Positions 53,506 to 63,258 of a stretch of 64,000 nucleotides of DNA are shown here, piece after piece. Each line of letters begins with the position of its first letter. The first letter of the stretch is position 1. The notes under the pieces were generated by a model. The model made no database searches. It was not told the origin of the DNA and worked only from the letters and a program-made list of their open reading frames with translations. Where the stretch lies: IMG/VR virus record IMGVR_UViG_3300036770_005084, positions 64,001 to 128,000 of that record; one strand, 5' to 3'. A program made the translations under genes and the position numbers. The DNA comes from a virus.

Positions 53506-55592
53506 TGTTAGAACAATCTTTAATCAATCCCAATTTTGCAGGAAGAGATGGATTTAAGTGGTTTATTGGTCTAACTACTGGAGAGATAGATCGAGCAAAT
53601 GATGAGTATGGATATAGAGTTAAGGTAAGAATAATTGGATATCATCCCAAAGATATATCAGATTCTAATTTGCCTTGGGCACATGTTCTTGTACCAACTA
53701 TTATGGGTAGTGGTGATCGTGGGTGTGGTATTTCAGATAACTCAAGAGGTTCTCAAGTAGTAATTGGATTTTTTGCCGATGGTGATGATGGACAACAACC
53801 AATAATTATTGGTGCTTTATATAACGGTGATAGTGTAATACGAGAGAATTCTATTGATCTTGGAACTAAAAATTTTAAATTATTCAAACCAGAACAGAAT
53901 GAGATAATAAATCCAAATAATTTACAAGTAAAGTCAAATAAAACTATTGGTACTAAAACTAAAGCAGAGTCTAATAAATCTTCATCAACCCCAAAAAATA
54001 CGATTCCGAGAACTGATGGCACTGTTGTAGGTGAAGAGACAGTAACTCATGCAGAACTTCAAAAGGGAGCAACAGTTTCTATTCCTGGACATTGTGAAAA
54101 TGCCAAAGATAATATTTCAAAGATTTCACAATCTTTAATTAAATTTATTCAGGTATTAAACACTGTAAAGAATGTTGGAGATACTTACATAGATCCTGTT
54201 TTGAATAGAATAAAAAATATAGATGATGAAATTAATGAAATTGCAGATGCAATTGCAGATTCTTTAAGTGCAATAATTAAAAGAATTCGTGATGAGATTA
54301 CAACAGGAATTTATAACCTACTAAAAGATTTTTTAGATAAAATTACATTACCGAAGGATTTAGAAATAGTTAAAAAAATTGCAACAGGACAAATAGCAGA
54401 TAGTATTTGGTGTGCTTTTAAAAAAATATTGGATAAAGTAAAGAAGTTTGTATTAGATTTTTTATTTAATTTGATTGGAAAGGTTGTAACAATGCCTCTT
54501 TGTGCAGCAGAAGCATTAGTTGGTAGTGTTATTCAATCTGTAGCAAATGAAATTACTGATGCAATAGGACCAGTATTAGAAGAAGCATCAAATCTTTTAC
54601 AAGGATCTATTGGAACTGTCATGTCATATGTGGATAAAGCAATTGGAATTACAAAAGGTATCGTTAGCTTTTTATCTTGTGAAAACTATGAGTGCAAAGA
54701 GGTTTTTGATTATGAAATGAATAAAGGATTTGTTCCAAAAGGTAATCCAAATTTTGAAGCAATTCTTAATTATTCTCCAGCAAAGGGTGTTAGGAATTTA
54801 TTGGAAGATGGAACTGGACAAGCAGAAAATTTCTTAGATGGAATGTCCGGTGGAGATTTGGTCAGTATTCCATGTGATGTATCATCTTTAGAATGTGGAT
54901 TACCAATCGTAGAATTTTTTGGTGGTGGTGGATTTGGTGCTGCTGCCAATTCCGTTGTAGATTCCTTTGGTCAAGTTATGGGAATTAACATAATTAATGG
55001 TGGATCTGGATATATATCTGCTCCATATGTATCTTTAAAGGATCCTTGTGAAAACGGCAGTGGTGCAACTGCTTATGCAATCATTGATAAAGATGGCAAA
55101 GTAACTGATGTTGTTATGGAAACTGTAGGATCTAATTATATTGGACCATCAGATCTTGGGAATACTGGAGGTACTGATGATACTGGAAGTACTGGTGATA
55201 CTGGAGGTACTGATGGTGATATTAGAGATGTTGCATGTTCTATTGCCCCTATAGATTCTTCAGGATCTACACTTTCTGGATATGTTGAAAAAGTAATAAT
55301 TAAAAACACTGGAATTGGATATTCTTCAGAAGATATAATATTTGATTCTTCTTGTCCAAATAGTGATGTTGAAATTGCTCCTATTTTAGATGATGATGGA
55401 AGAGTAATTGATGTGGAAATTAAAAATCCAGGTTCTTTTATTACTATATTCCCAGAGTTGAAAATAAATAGTGAGACTGGTAATGGATTATCTCTAGTTC
55501 CTGTATTGAGATTTAATAAAATTGAAGATACAAAGATAGAAACAGATCCTACAAAGATTCAAAAAGTTATTTACTGTGCTGATAAAACTTAA
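53505..55592 (+). CDS. 5: gp5-like baseplate hub/spike protein (N-terminal OB fold, no lysozyme domain)
   Basis: GRDGFKWFIG, RVKVRIIGYH, LPWA, VIGFFADG..QQPII.G; GGSGY/GSGATA repeats later. Confidence 0.75.
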   Translation: MLEQSLINPNFAGRDGFKWFIGLTTGEIDRANDEYGYRVKVRIIGYHPKDISDSNLPWAHVLVPTIMGSGDRGCGISDNSRGSQVVIGFFADGDDGQQPIIIGALYNGDSVIRENSIDLGTKNFKLFKPEQNEIINPNNLQVKSNKTIGTKTKAESNKSSSTPKNTIPRTDGTVVGEETVTHAELQKGATVSIPGHCENAKDNISKISQSLIKFIQVLNTVKNVGDTYIDPVLNRIKNIDDEINEIADAIADSLSAIIKRIRDEITTGIYNLLKDFLDKITLPKDLEIVKKIATGQIADSIWCAFKKILDKVKKFVLDFLFNLIGKVVTMPLCAAEALVGSVIQSVANEITDAIGPVLEEASNLLQGSIGTVMSYVDKAIGITKGIVSFLSCENYECKEVFDYEMNKGFVPKGNPNFEAILNYSPAKGVRNLLEDGTGQAENFLDGMSGGDLVSIPCDVSSLECGLPIVEFFGGGGFGAAANSVVDSFGQVMGINIINGGSGYISAPYVSLKDPCENGSGATAYAIIDKDGKVTDVVMETVGSNYIGPSDLGNTGGTDDTGSTGDTGGTDGDIRDVACSIAPIDSSGSTLSGYVEKVIIKNTGIGYSSEDIIFDSSCPNSDVEIAPILDDDGRVIDVEIKNPGSFITIFPELKINSETGNGLSLVPVLRFNKIEDTKIETDPTKIQKVIYCADKT
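55164..55220 (+). repeat. Imperfect 9-nt-period repeat encoding a Gly/Thr/Asp linker
   Basis: actggaggt actgatgat actggaagt actggtgat actggaggt actgatggt. Confidence 0.7.
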
Positions 55593-55594
55593 AT

Positions 55595-56158
55595 ATGAAA
55601 AAACCAAGAGAAAAACCAACAGGATATTTATTTAATGATCCTCAGTGTGGAACCATTGCAGTTGGGTTAGATCCAGATTCGGTTAGACCAAGACAAATTG
55701 AACTAGTATCACAATCTTTAGCATCGGTGAGATTATTTCAAGATGGTGGATTTGACATTAGAAGTCATCCAGATGCAGTTTTGGCAGATAATATATGGAG
55801 TAATGCTAAAGATGGTCTATTAGTAAAGGGAAATAATATACACTTAGATGCTGGAAATGGTACAGTAACAATAACTGCTAGAGAAATTATATTTGAGTCT
55901 ACTGGCAACGATACTGGGGGAATAACTATTAGATCAAAGCATAACATAACAATGGATGCTGAAGATAATATAAAACTTGAAGGATCTAATGTTGCAATTG
56001 GTGCTAGAAATAAAATGATAGTCGCATCCAAAGGATTTCTAAATATTCGTGGAATTAATGGTGTTACAATAACTGAACCAAAGCAAAAATTAATTCCTAC
56101 TTCAATCAATGATTTGATTGACACATTTTTATCTTCAGTCTTACCAGGATATTTCTAA
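55595..56158 (+). CDS. gp5 C-terminal-like beta-helix spike protein
   Basis: Repeating short beta strands (NIHLDAGNGTVTITAREIIFES...ITIRSKHNITMDA). Confidence 0.55.
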   Translation: MKKPREKPTGYLFNDPQCGTIAVGLDPDSVRPRQIELVSQSLASVRLFQDGGFDIRSHPDAVLADNIWSNAKDGLLVKGNNIHLDAGNGTVTITAREIIFESTGNDTGGITIRSKHNITMDAEDNIKLEGSNVAIGARNKMIVASKGFLNIRGINGVTITEPKQKLIPTSINDLIDTFLSSVLPGYF

Positions 56159-56877
56159 TGCCATACGTTAATACAGTAGAAACAGAGTCTATTCAGGCAG
56201 GAAAGGTATTAAATATACCATTATCCACTGTTGAAATTTGGCCAAGTTTAGATCCACAACTTCCATTTTCACTTCAAAATATGGCAGTTGCCAATATGGT
56301 TGGAATGACAAATCAAATTGGAATTTATAATGGATTTGGAGTTTGGGATCAGATGGGAGTATATAATGGATTAGGTCAAGGAACTGATGTTGGTGGGCAT
56401 ATTGATGGTCAACCATACTTAGATAGTTGTTCACCATCTATGGATCTTTCAACTGCTAATGGAAATCTTTGGGGGTTTTGGAAATATAATGGTGCAACTA
56501 TTTGTGCACCTTGTCCATCAGACGTAAGATTAAAGAAAGATATATCTAAAATCGAAAATGCTTTAGATAAAGTTTTATCATTAAATGGTGTCACTTTTTC
56601 TTGGAATGAAGAAGTTGCTCCAACATTGTCAGAAAAATCTAACGGAGAAATTGGATTAATTGCACAAGAAGTTGAAGGTGTTTTGCCTCAATTAATAGAA
56701 AATATTCATATTAAAGATTCTATTGATCCTGTCAAATCTGTAAAATATGAAAATATTGTTGCACTTTTAATCGAAGCAGTTAGGGAACAGCAAGATCAAA
56801 TTGAAGATTTGAAGAGGACAGTGAAGGAACTGTCCACTGAATGCCCAAAATGCCAAGGACTGTGCTATGATGTATAG
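56158..56877 (+). CDS. Spike/fibre protein with C-terminal peptidase S74 intramolecular chaperone
   Basis: PSDVRLKKDI, ALDKV..LNGVTFSW, GLIAQEV, V.Y..IVALLIEAV. Confidence 0.82.
   Translation: MPYVNTVETESIQAGKVLNIPLSTVEIWPSLDPQLPFSLQNMAVANMVGMTNQIGIYNGFGVWDQMGVYNGLGQGTDVGGHIDGQPYLDSCSPSMDLSTANGNLWGFWKYNGATICAPCPSDVRLKKDISKIENALDKVLSLNGVTFSWNEEVAPTLSEKSNGEIGLIAQEVEGVLPQLIENIHIKDSIDPVKSVKYENIVALLIEAVREQQDQIEDLKRTVKELSTECPKCQGLCYDV
56816..56871 (+). promoter_or_regulatory. Palindromic cyanophage early-promoter-like element
   Basis: GGACAGT-6nt-ACTGTCC (56816-56835) upstream of TG-c-TATGAT extended -10 (56866-56871). Confidence 0.6.
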
Positions 56878-56886
56878 GTACTCCTC

Positions 56887-57063
56887 ATGACCACCATGCA
56901 AATTACTCGTGATCAACTGCAAAGTCTTCGTGAAATGAATGAAGACATTGCAGAGTATTTTATTGATCACAATTTCCCCATCAGTGGTGAAACGTATTGG
57001 ACGTGCGTAGAATGTTTGGCACAGGCAAAACTAGCCGAACTTCGTGGGGAACTTGTCTACTGA
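56887..57063 (+). CDS. Small hypothetical protein (58 aa, MTTMQITRDQLQSLREMNEDIAEYF...SGETYWTCVECLAQAKL)
   Basis: Translated by hand; directly behind the palindromic promoter. Confidence 0.65.
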   Translation: MTTMQITRDQLQSLREMNEDIAEYFIDHNFPISGETYWTCVECLAQAKLAELRGELVY

Positions 57064-57133
57064 TTTCAAAATTGACTTTTTATTTCAAAAAAGGTCGAAA
57101 AAAAATCCCGGCAAAAATTTGCTGTAGGGGTTT

Positions 57134-57868
57134 TTATAGAAATTCAGCATTTTCTGGGTTCTTTAAAAAGTTTAATATTTTTTCACTTTTTTGAATTTGT
57201 TTTTTAAGTTTCTTTCTAGTAAGTTTATAAGCATAATTTTGAAGTTCAATTTCAATTCTAAATTCCCTCAAATCATTTACTTTATTAATATACTTTTTTC
57301 GATCATTTTGCAATATTACGATTTGACCTTCTAAAGATGTAATAGAACTTGCAAATCCTGGGCATCCACATGGGAAAACGGCATAACAGGTTGCCGTATC
57401 ATTGTAGTAAGATCCAATGGCAACTGGTTGTACTTTTAAAATAGTTCCTATACCAGAATTGGATATTGCAAAAGAACCAGATATTGATTCAAAAGGATTT
57501 GGATCTTGATATTTAAATCCTTCATAGTTAATATCATCTCTATATACTGTTGTTATTCCTGCTGTAGTCGTTCCACATCCAGCAGCAACAGATTCTGCTG
57601 CAATAACACTAAGTTGAATTTGTAAATTGTTGATTTGTGTATTAATTTCTATTATTTTTTTATCAATTTGTTTAATTGGATATTCATAATAATCTAAGGT
57701 TTCGTCTGGTCCATATATCGTTATTTCTTCCCTGTTTGTTAACCCAATTCCAGTCTTGGTGCTATATTTACTTTCTATAGTTTTTAACTGTTCTAATTGA
57801 CTATTATCTAAGTCTATCTTTTGTTCGTAGAAATTTATAAGTGACTCTGTTTTTTCGTTTAATGACAT
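57134..57868 (-). CDS. Coiled-coil hypothetical protein (probably virion)
   Basis: 244-aa ORF; minus-strand ATAAATA at 57891-57897, back-to-back with plus-strand ATAAATA at 57900-57906. Confidence 0.7.
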   Translation of the reverse strand: MSLNEKTESLINFYEQKIDLDNSQLEQLKTIESKYSTKTGIGLTNREEITIYGPDETLDYYEYPIKQIDKKIIEINTQINNLQIQLSVIAAESVAAGCGTTTAGITTVYRDDINYEGFKYQDPNPFESISGSFAISNSGIGTILKVQPVAIGSYYNDTATCYAVFPCGCPGFASSITSLEGQIVILQNDRKKYINKVNDLREFRIEIELQNYAYKLTRKKLKKQIQKSEKILNFLKNPENAEFL

Positions 57869-57939
57869 AATTTAAAGATAATAATAGTTTTATTTATTGA
57901 TAAATAAAACAGAAGAAAAAATCTATAGGATATTCTAGA

Positions 57940-60900
57940 ATGGCTTTAGCGAGATTAGAAAATTTCCTTAAAAATTTAAGAGGAAATACTTTATATGTAG
58001 ACCCTAATCAATTGGATGCATCAGATTCAATTGAAAATAGAGGTAACTCTGCGTTAAGACCATTTAAGACCATTCAAAGAGCACTTTTAGAAGCAGTAAG
58101 ATTTTCATACGTACAAGGAAATAATAACGATCTTTTCGATCAAACCACTATTCTAATTTCTCCTGGAACTCACTATATTGATAATAGACCAGGGCATTAT
58201 GTAAGTGGATCAATAATTAAAAACTATTCTGGTGGAAATTCTTCAATTCCAGAACTAGATTTGCAAAGTAATTTTAATATTACTGATTCCGATAACGTAT
58301 TATATCCATATAACAGTGCCGAAGGTGGGGTAATAGTACCTAAAGGAGTTTCATTGGTAGCAACAGATCTTAGAAAAACTAAGATTAGACCATTATATGT
58401 TCCAGACCCAACTAATGATCTTATTCCAAGATCTGCAATATTTAGAGTCACCGGAGGTTGTTATATATTTGGATTTTCCATTTTAGATGGAGATCCAAAT
58501 GGAAATGTATATTATAATCCAGCAAGTGTAACAAAAGTTGTTCCTAGTTATTCTCACCATAAACTAACTGCATTTGAGTATGCAGATGGAAAGAATAATC
58601 TGGTAAGAGTTGGAACAAATCTAGGTAAAACAGACCTAGATATGTATTACTATAAAATATCTCTAGGATATGGAAATAGTGCTGGTGCTCCAGTAATTAT
58701 TGATGGATATGATGATCTACAACTAAACATAGAAGAAACAAGAATAGTTGGAGATCTTGGTCGTGGATCTATAGTAATTGAAAACATTTATGCAGGTGAT
58801 GGAGTTAATTCTTCAAACGTAATTACTGTAAAGACCGCATCTGACCATGGATTTTCCCCACTAACATCGATTTTAATTTCTGGGGTGGGATCAAATCTTC
58901 AGCAGCAAGCAGAGTATAATGGACCATTTACAGTTGCTCAGGTTATTAGTTCTACTGAGTTCACATACAGATTGACAAATGATCCAGAATCATCTCTAAA
59001 TCCTGGAATTGATAGTCTTTCCAATGTAAAATCTGTATCAGACACAGTATCATCTGGTTCTCCATACGTATTTAATTGTAGTCTTAAATCTGTTTATGGC
59101 ATGAATGGTCTTCATGCAGATGGTAATAAGGCAACTGGATTTAAGAGTATAGTTACTGCACAGTTTACAGGTATTTCATTACAAAAAGATGATAGGGCAT
59201 TTGTAATTTATAATGATGCTTCTGGTTCATATAATGATTTTACTTTTGCAGGTGAAAATACATTTCTACATCAAAATTCTAGATCAATTTATAATCCAGA
59301 GTGGGAAAGTTTTCATATAAAAGCATCAAATGATGCGTTTATTCAGTGTGTTTCAATTTTTGCCATTGGATATGCAAAGCAGTTTATTGCTGATGATGGT
59401 GGAGACCAAAGCATTACTAACTCAAACAGTAATTTCGGTGCTATAGCACTTTCCTCTAGAGGATTTAAGGATTATGAGTTAGCAAAAGATAATCATGGTT
59501 TTATTACTCATATTATTCCTCCAAAAGAAATTAGTGAAGAAGAAATTATTGTAAGATGTTTACCAATAGATGTAGAATCAACTACAACAAGGGGATTAAG
59601 TAATAATTATACAAGGATTTATTTAGATGGATATGATAATGCATTAGATCCACCAAAAACATCTTTCCGTGGATATAAATTGGGTGGGAAATTAAATGAC
59701 ACTATAAATTATACTAATGATGGTGTTGTTTATAGTGCTATAGTATCACCAAATTATAAAACTGAAGTAACTGTAACCAATATAACATCAAGTGTTTTTA
59801 CAATAGATACACCACTTACAATAGGGTCAGTTACTGGCATTAATACTTCTCAAGCAGTTAGAATTATTTCAAATGATGGACTATTGCCAGATGGGTTAGA
59901 GCATCATAGACTTTATTATATTAATGGAGAGACTAATCTAACAACCACTACATTTACTTTATCTGAAAATATATTTAATAGTACTGTTAGTGATTCTATT
60001 GTAGAAATTAAAAATCAAATAGGAGCAACTTCTAATAATTTAAAACTTGTAAGTAAAGTATCTGATAGATCTGCCGGACAACCAGCATCACCAGTTCAAT
60101 ATGACACAATAAATGGTCAATGGTATGTTCAAATTATATCAAATGCGGCATTTATTAGTGCTATGAATGGAATAGGTGCGATTACATTTTATATTGAAAG
60201 AGCACTAGATTCTAGAGAAATTAAAGACAAAATTTATAAAGCAAGATATGTAATACCTAAGGAATCTATTGGAGCATCTGCACCATCAATTGGATTTATT
60301 CTTCAAAATTCTACAAGTGGTATAAGTTCTGCGTTAACATTGCCATCTTCTTCTATTTCTGATATAGATGAAACTAGAAATTCAAATCAAATTATAGATG
60401 CCTGGGCATCGTATAGTCCAGGATTTACCAGTTATGCATATGTAAGAACTAAATATCCACACAAATTATTTCCAGGATGTAAGGTAAACATATATGATCT
60501 CAAGAGTTCTAATGAACCAAACCCAGTAGGTTTAGGGACTGGAACTGGATTTAACGGTTCATTTATTGTCGATCTTGTTCCAAATGATGTTGTTTTCAGA
60601 TATCAAATTCTTGCAAATCCTGGAAATATAACTACAATTGATGATACTGCTATAACTACTTGGTTAATTTCAAATGATTGTAATGAGGCAACATTTAGGG
60701 TTCCTCCATATACAGTTTCTGAAGATACTAATGTTAGATCAAATCTTCCATATTTTACATGTGAAAAGGTATTTAATGATTATCAAATATATGGAGTAGA
60801 TACAATTCAAGAGTATAATTATGGAGTTTCAGATGGTGTCTATCATTTAACTTTAAATGCATTTAAAAATAGACCCAGTGTATTTCCATTCAATATAGAG

Positions 60901-63225
60901 GACTTAAAATTATCCCAAAGCATTGAAAATTTATATCCTACAGCAGATAAAGACAATGTAGTTTCTGATCCACTACCAACAAAATCAGTTGCGTCCAGAA
61001 AAATTATCGGAAAGGTAGATATTAATGATTTGGAGAAAAGTGTAACTAAAGAAACATTCTCCGAATTTATTAAGGATTTTGGTATTGGTAAAAGAGTAAA
61101 TTCTATTACATTTAATAGTGGTACTGGAACTTGTACATTAACAACTTTATATAATCATGGTCTTGGTGGAATAAGAACCTTATCGGTTACAACTGCAGGA
61201 TCTGGTTTTGTTAATGGTACTTGGTATGATATTCCTCTTTGTGGTGGATCTGGTGAAAATGCAACCGCAGTAGTCACTGTAACATCGGGAGTAGTGTCAG
61301 ATGTTCAAATTTCAAATCCAGGATCAGGATATTCTGTTGGAAATTCATTAACTATAAGAGGAATACCACATTCCTCAACAAGTGCAGCATCTGCCAATGT
61401 TTCTGTAAACGCTATTTTAAATAATACTTTAGACTCTATACAAATAATTGGATCTACTAATCCAGATAATGACGGGTTCTTCCCAATAACTAGCATCACT
61501 AAAGATACAATTGTATATACCAACTCACTTGGAGTCACAGAATCCAATTCAAATGCCTCTGTAATTATATCTGGATCTAGAAATACTGTCTCTTCGGTTT
61601 CAGGAACTACCGATACTGAAATTACTTCATCCTCCCGTCATTCATTGACTGCAGGAAATAAAGTATATTTTGAATCAACTAATCAAACATTTGATGTACT
61701 TTCAGTAGTATCTCCAACAAAATTCAAAGTTTCTGGTAATGCATCAAGTACAAATTCTAGTAATTTTTACCAGATTGCATTAGCACCATCATTTAGATCT
61801 TCAGATCAAACCTTAGAAAATGTATCAGGAAGGCATTATCCACTTCTTGGAGATTATAATTATAGAACTTCGAATAATTCTGTTGGTGAGATGACACTTA
61901 CATCATCAAGTGTAAATATTAGCAACACATCCGGATTGAAGAAGGGTGATTATGTTCAAATTGATGATGAAATACTTTTAATCACTTTAGTAAGTGGTTC
62001 TGCAATTAATGTAAAGAGAGGATTATTCAATACTGCAATTACAACTCATACTAGAAATACATTAGTTAAATTACTAAGATCTATTCCAGTAGAGTTGAGA
62101 AGAAACTCAATCTTACGTGCATCTGGACATACTTTTGAGTATACTGGATTTGGTCCTGGAAACTACTCTACTGGTATGCCAACAAACCAAGATAGAGTTC
62201 TTTCAACAGATGAGACTTTAATATCACAAGCACTATCAACAAGAGGTGGTACAGTATTATATACAGGAATGAATAGTGACGGTGAATTCTTTATTGGAAA
62301 GAAAAAGATAAATGCTTTAACTGGAGATGAAGAATTTGTAGGAATACCAGAAGGTGTATCTGGAGATCAAACTACTTTTGATGATCTTACTGTAAGTAAT
62401 CTGACAGTTTTAGTATCATTAAATGCTGTTAGTGCTGAAACAACATTAGGTGAGACAATAATTACAGAAAACCTGGAAGTTCTTGGAGATGCTGGAACAA
62501 CTAATTTATTTGCTTCTGGAATTGTTACCGCAACTTCCGTTATAGCAAACGATTTAACAGTTATTACTGATGCTGATATTCAAGGGTCATTGAATGTAGA
62601 TTTAAACTTAACAGTTTCAGGTCATACTGATTTAGACAATGTTACTGCAGGAATTGTTACTGCGACTGAATTCATTGGTCGTGGAATTACACCAAAAGGA
62701 GGAATTATTCTTTGGAGTGGATCTACCTCATCAGCAGAAGCATTACAACCAAATTGGGCATTATGTGATGGAAGAACTGTAAATGGGGTAACAACTCCAA
62801 ATCTCACAAATAAATTTGTTATTGTTGCTGGATCAAGTTATCCGGTCGGATCTACTGGTGGTTCTGCAACAGTGTCATTGAATAAAGATAATCTTCCAGC
62901 ACATAATCATGGTGGTGGTGGAACTTCAACTTTTACTACTGTTGAAAACGGTACTCATAGTCATGGTATTACTGATCCCGGACATAGACATGGATATGAT
63001 AAGTTGACAGATAAACATGATGCAGGTGGTGATACTGATGAGGTTTGGAGAAACTCTGAGGAAAAAAATACAACCAATCAAACTACTGGAATTTCAATTA
63101 ATGAAGGTGGTGCCCATACTCATGATGTTACAGTATCATATACAATTAACACTGAAGGATCAGGAATTGCCCACGACAACATGCCACCATACTATGCACT
63201 TGCCTATATTATGAGAACTGCATAA
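57940..63225 (+). CDS. Very large baseplate/tail-fibre structural protein with C-terminal tail-collar domain
   Basis: MALARLENFLKN...PFKTIQRAL.EA N-terminus; C-terminal PKGGIILWSG...WALCDG...TPNL..KF, H.H repeats, NMPPYYALAYIMR. Confidence 0.8.
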   Translation: MALARLENFLKNLRGNTLYVDPNQLDASDSIENRGNSALRPFKTIQRALLEAVRFSYVQGNNNDLFDQTTILISPGTHYIDNRPGHYVSGSIIKNYSGGNSSIPELDLQSNFNITDSDNVLYPYNSAEGGVIVPKGVSLVATDLRKTKIRPLYVPDPTNDLIPRSAIFRVTGGCYIFGFSILDGDPNGNVYYNPASVTKVVPSYSHHKLTAFEYADGKNNLVRVGTNLGKTDLDMYYYKISLGYGNSAGAPVIIDGYDDLQLNIEETRIVGDLGRGSIVIENIYAGDGVNSSNVITVKTASDHGFSPLTSILISGVGSNLQQQAEYNGPFTVAQVISSTEFTYRLTNDPESSLNPGIDSLSNVKSVSDTVSSGSPYVFNCSLKSVYGMNGLHADGNKATGFKSIVTAQFTGISLQKDDRAFVIYNDASGSYNDFTFAGENTFLHQNSRSIYNPEWESFHIKASNDAFIQCVSIFAIGYAKQFIADDGGDQSITNSNSNFGAIALSSRGFKDYELAKDNHGFITHIIPPKEISEEEIIVRCLPIDVESTTTRGLSNNYTRIYLDGYDNALDPPKTSFRGYKLGGKLNDTINYTNDGVVYSAIVSPNYKTEVTVTNITSSVFTIDTPLTIGSVTGINTSQAVRIISNDGLLPDGLEHHRLYYINGETNLTTTTFTLSENIFNSTVSDSIVEIKNQIGATSNNLKLVSKVSDRSAGQPASPVQYDTINGQWYVQIISNAAFISAMNGIGAITFYIERALDSREIKDKIYKARYVIPKESIGASAPSIGFILQNSTSGISSALTLPSSSISDIDETRNSNQIIDAWASYSPGFTSYAYVRTKYPHKLFPGCKVNIYDLKSSNEPNPVGLGTGTGFNGSFIVDLVPNDVVFRYQILANPGNITTIDDTAITTWLISNDCNEATFRVPPYTVSEDTNVRSNLPYFTCEKVFNDYQIYGVDTIQEYNYGVSDGVYHLTLNAFKNRPSVFPFNIEDLKLSQSIENLYPTADKDNVVSDPLPTKSVASRKIIGKVDINDLEKSVTKETFSEFIKDFGIGKRVNSITFNSGTGTCTLTTLYNHGLGGIRTLSVTTAGSGFVNGTWYDIPLCGGSGENATAVVTVTSGVVSDVQISNPGSGYSVGNSLTIRGIPHSSTSAASANVSVNAILNNTLDSIQIIGSTNPDNDGFFPITSITKDTIVYTNSLGVTESNSNASVIISGSRNTVSSVSGTTDTEITSSSRHSLTAGNKVYFESTNQTFDVLSVVSPTKFKVSGNASSTNSSNFYQIALAPSFRSSDQTLENVSGRHYPLLGDYNYRTSNNSVGEMTLTSSSVNISNTSGLKKGDYVQIDDEILLITLVSGSAINVKRGLFNTAITTHTRNTLVKLLRSIPVELRRNSILRASGHTFEYTGFGPGNYSTGMPTNQDRVLSTDETLISQALSTRGGTVLYTGMNSDGEFFIGKKKINALTGDEEFVGIPEGVSGDQTTFDDLTVSNLTVLVSLNAVSAETTLGETIITENLEVLGDAGTTNLFASGIVTATSVIANDLTVITDADIQGSLNVDLNLTVSGHTDLDNVTAGIVTATEFIGRGITPKGGIILWSGSTSSAEALQPNWALCDGRTVNGVTTPNLTNKFVIVAGSSYPVGSTGGSATVSLNKDNLPAHNHGGGGTSTFTTVENGTHSHGITDPGHRHGYDKLTDKHDAGGDTDEVWRNSEEKNTTNQTTGISINEGGAHTHDVTVSYTINTEGSGIAHDNMPPYYALAYIMRTA

Positions 63226-63258
63226 ATAAGTTTATAAACAGGGGGATAGTGGAACCCA

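Noticed and set aside
56997-57194. 65-aa plus-strand ORF in the track
   Set aside because: TTG start, overlaps the better-supported 58-aa ORF and the convergent gene, and runs through A-tract sequence.
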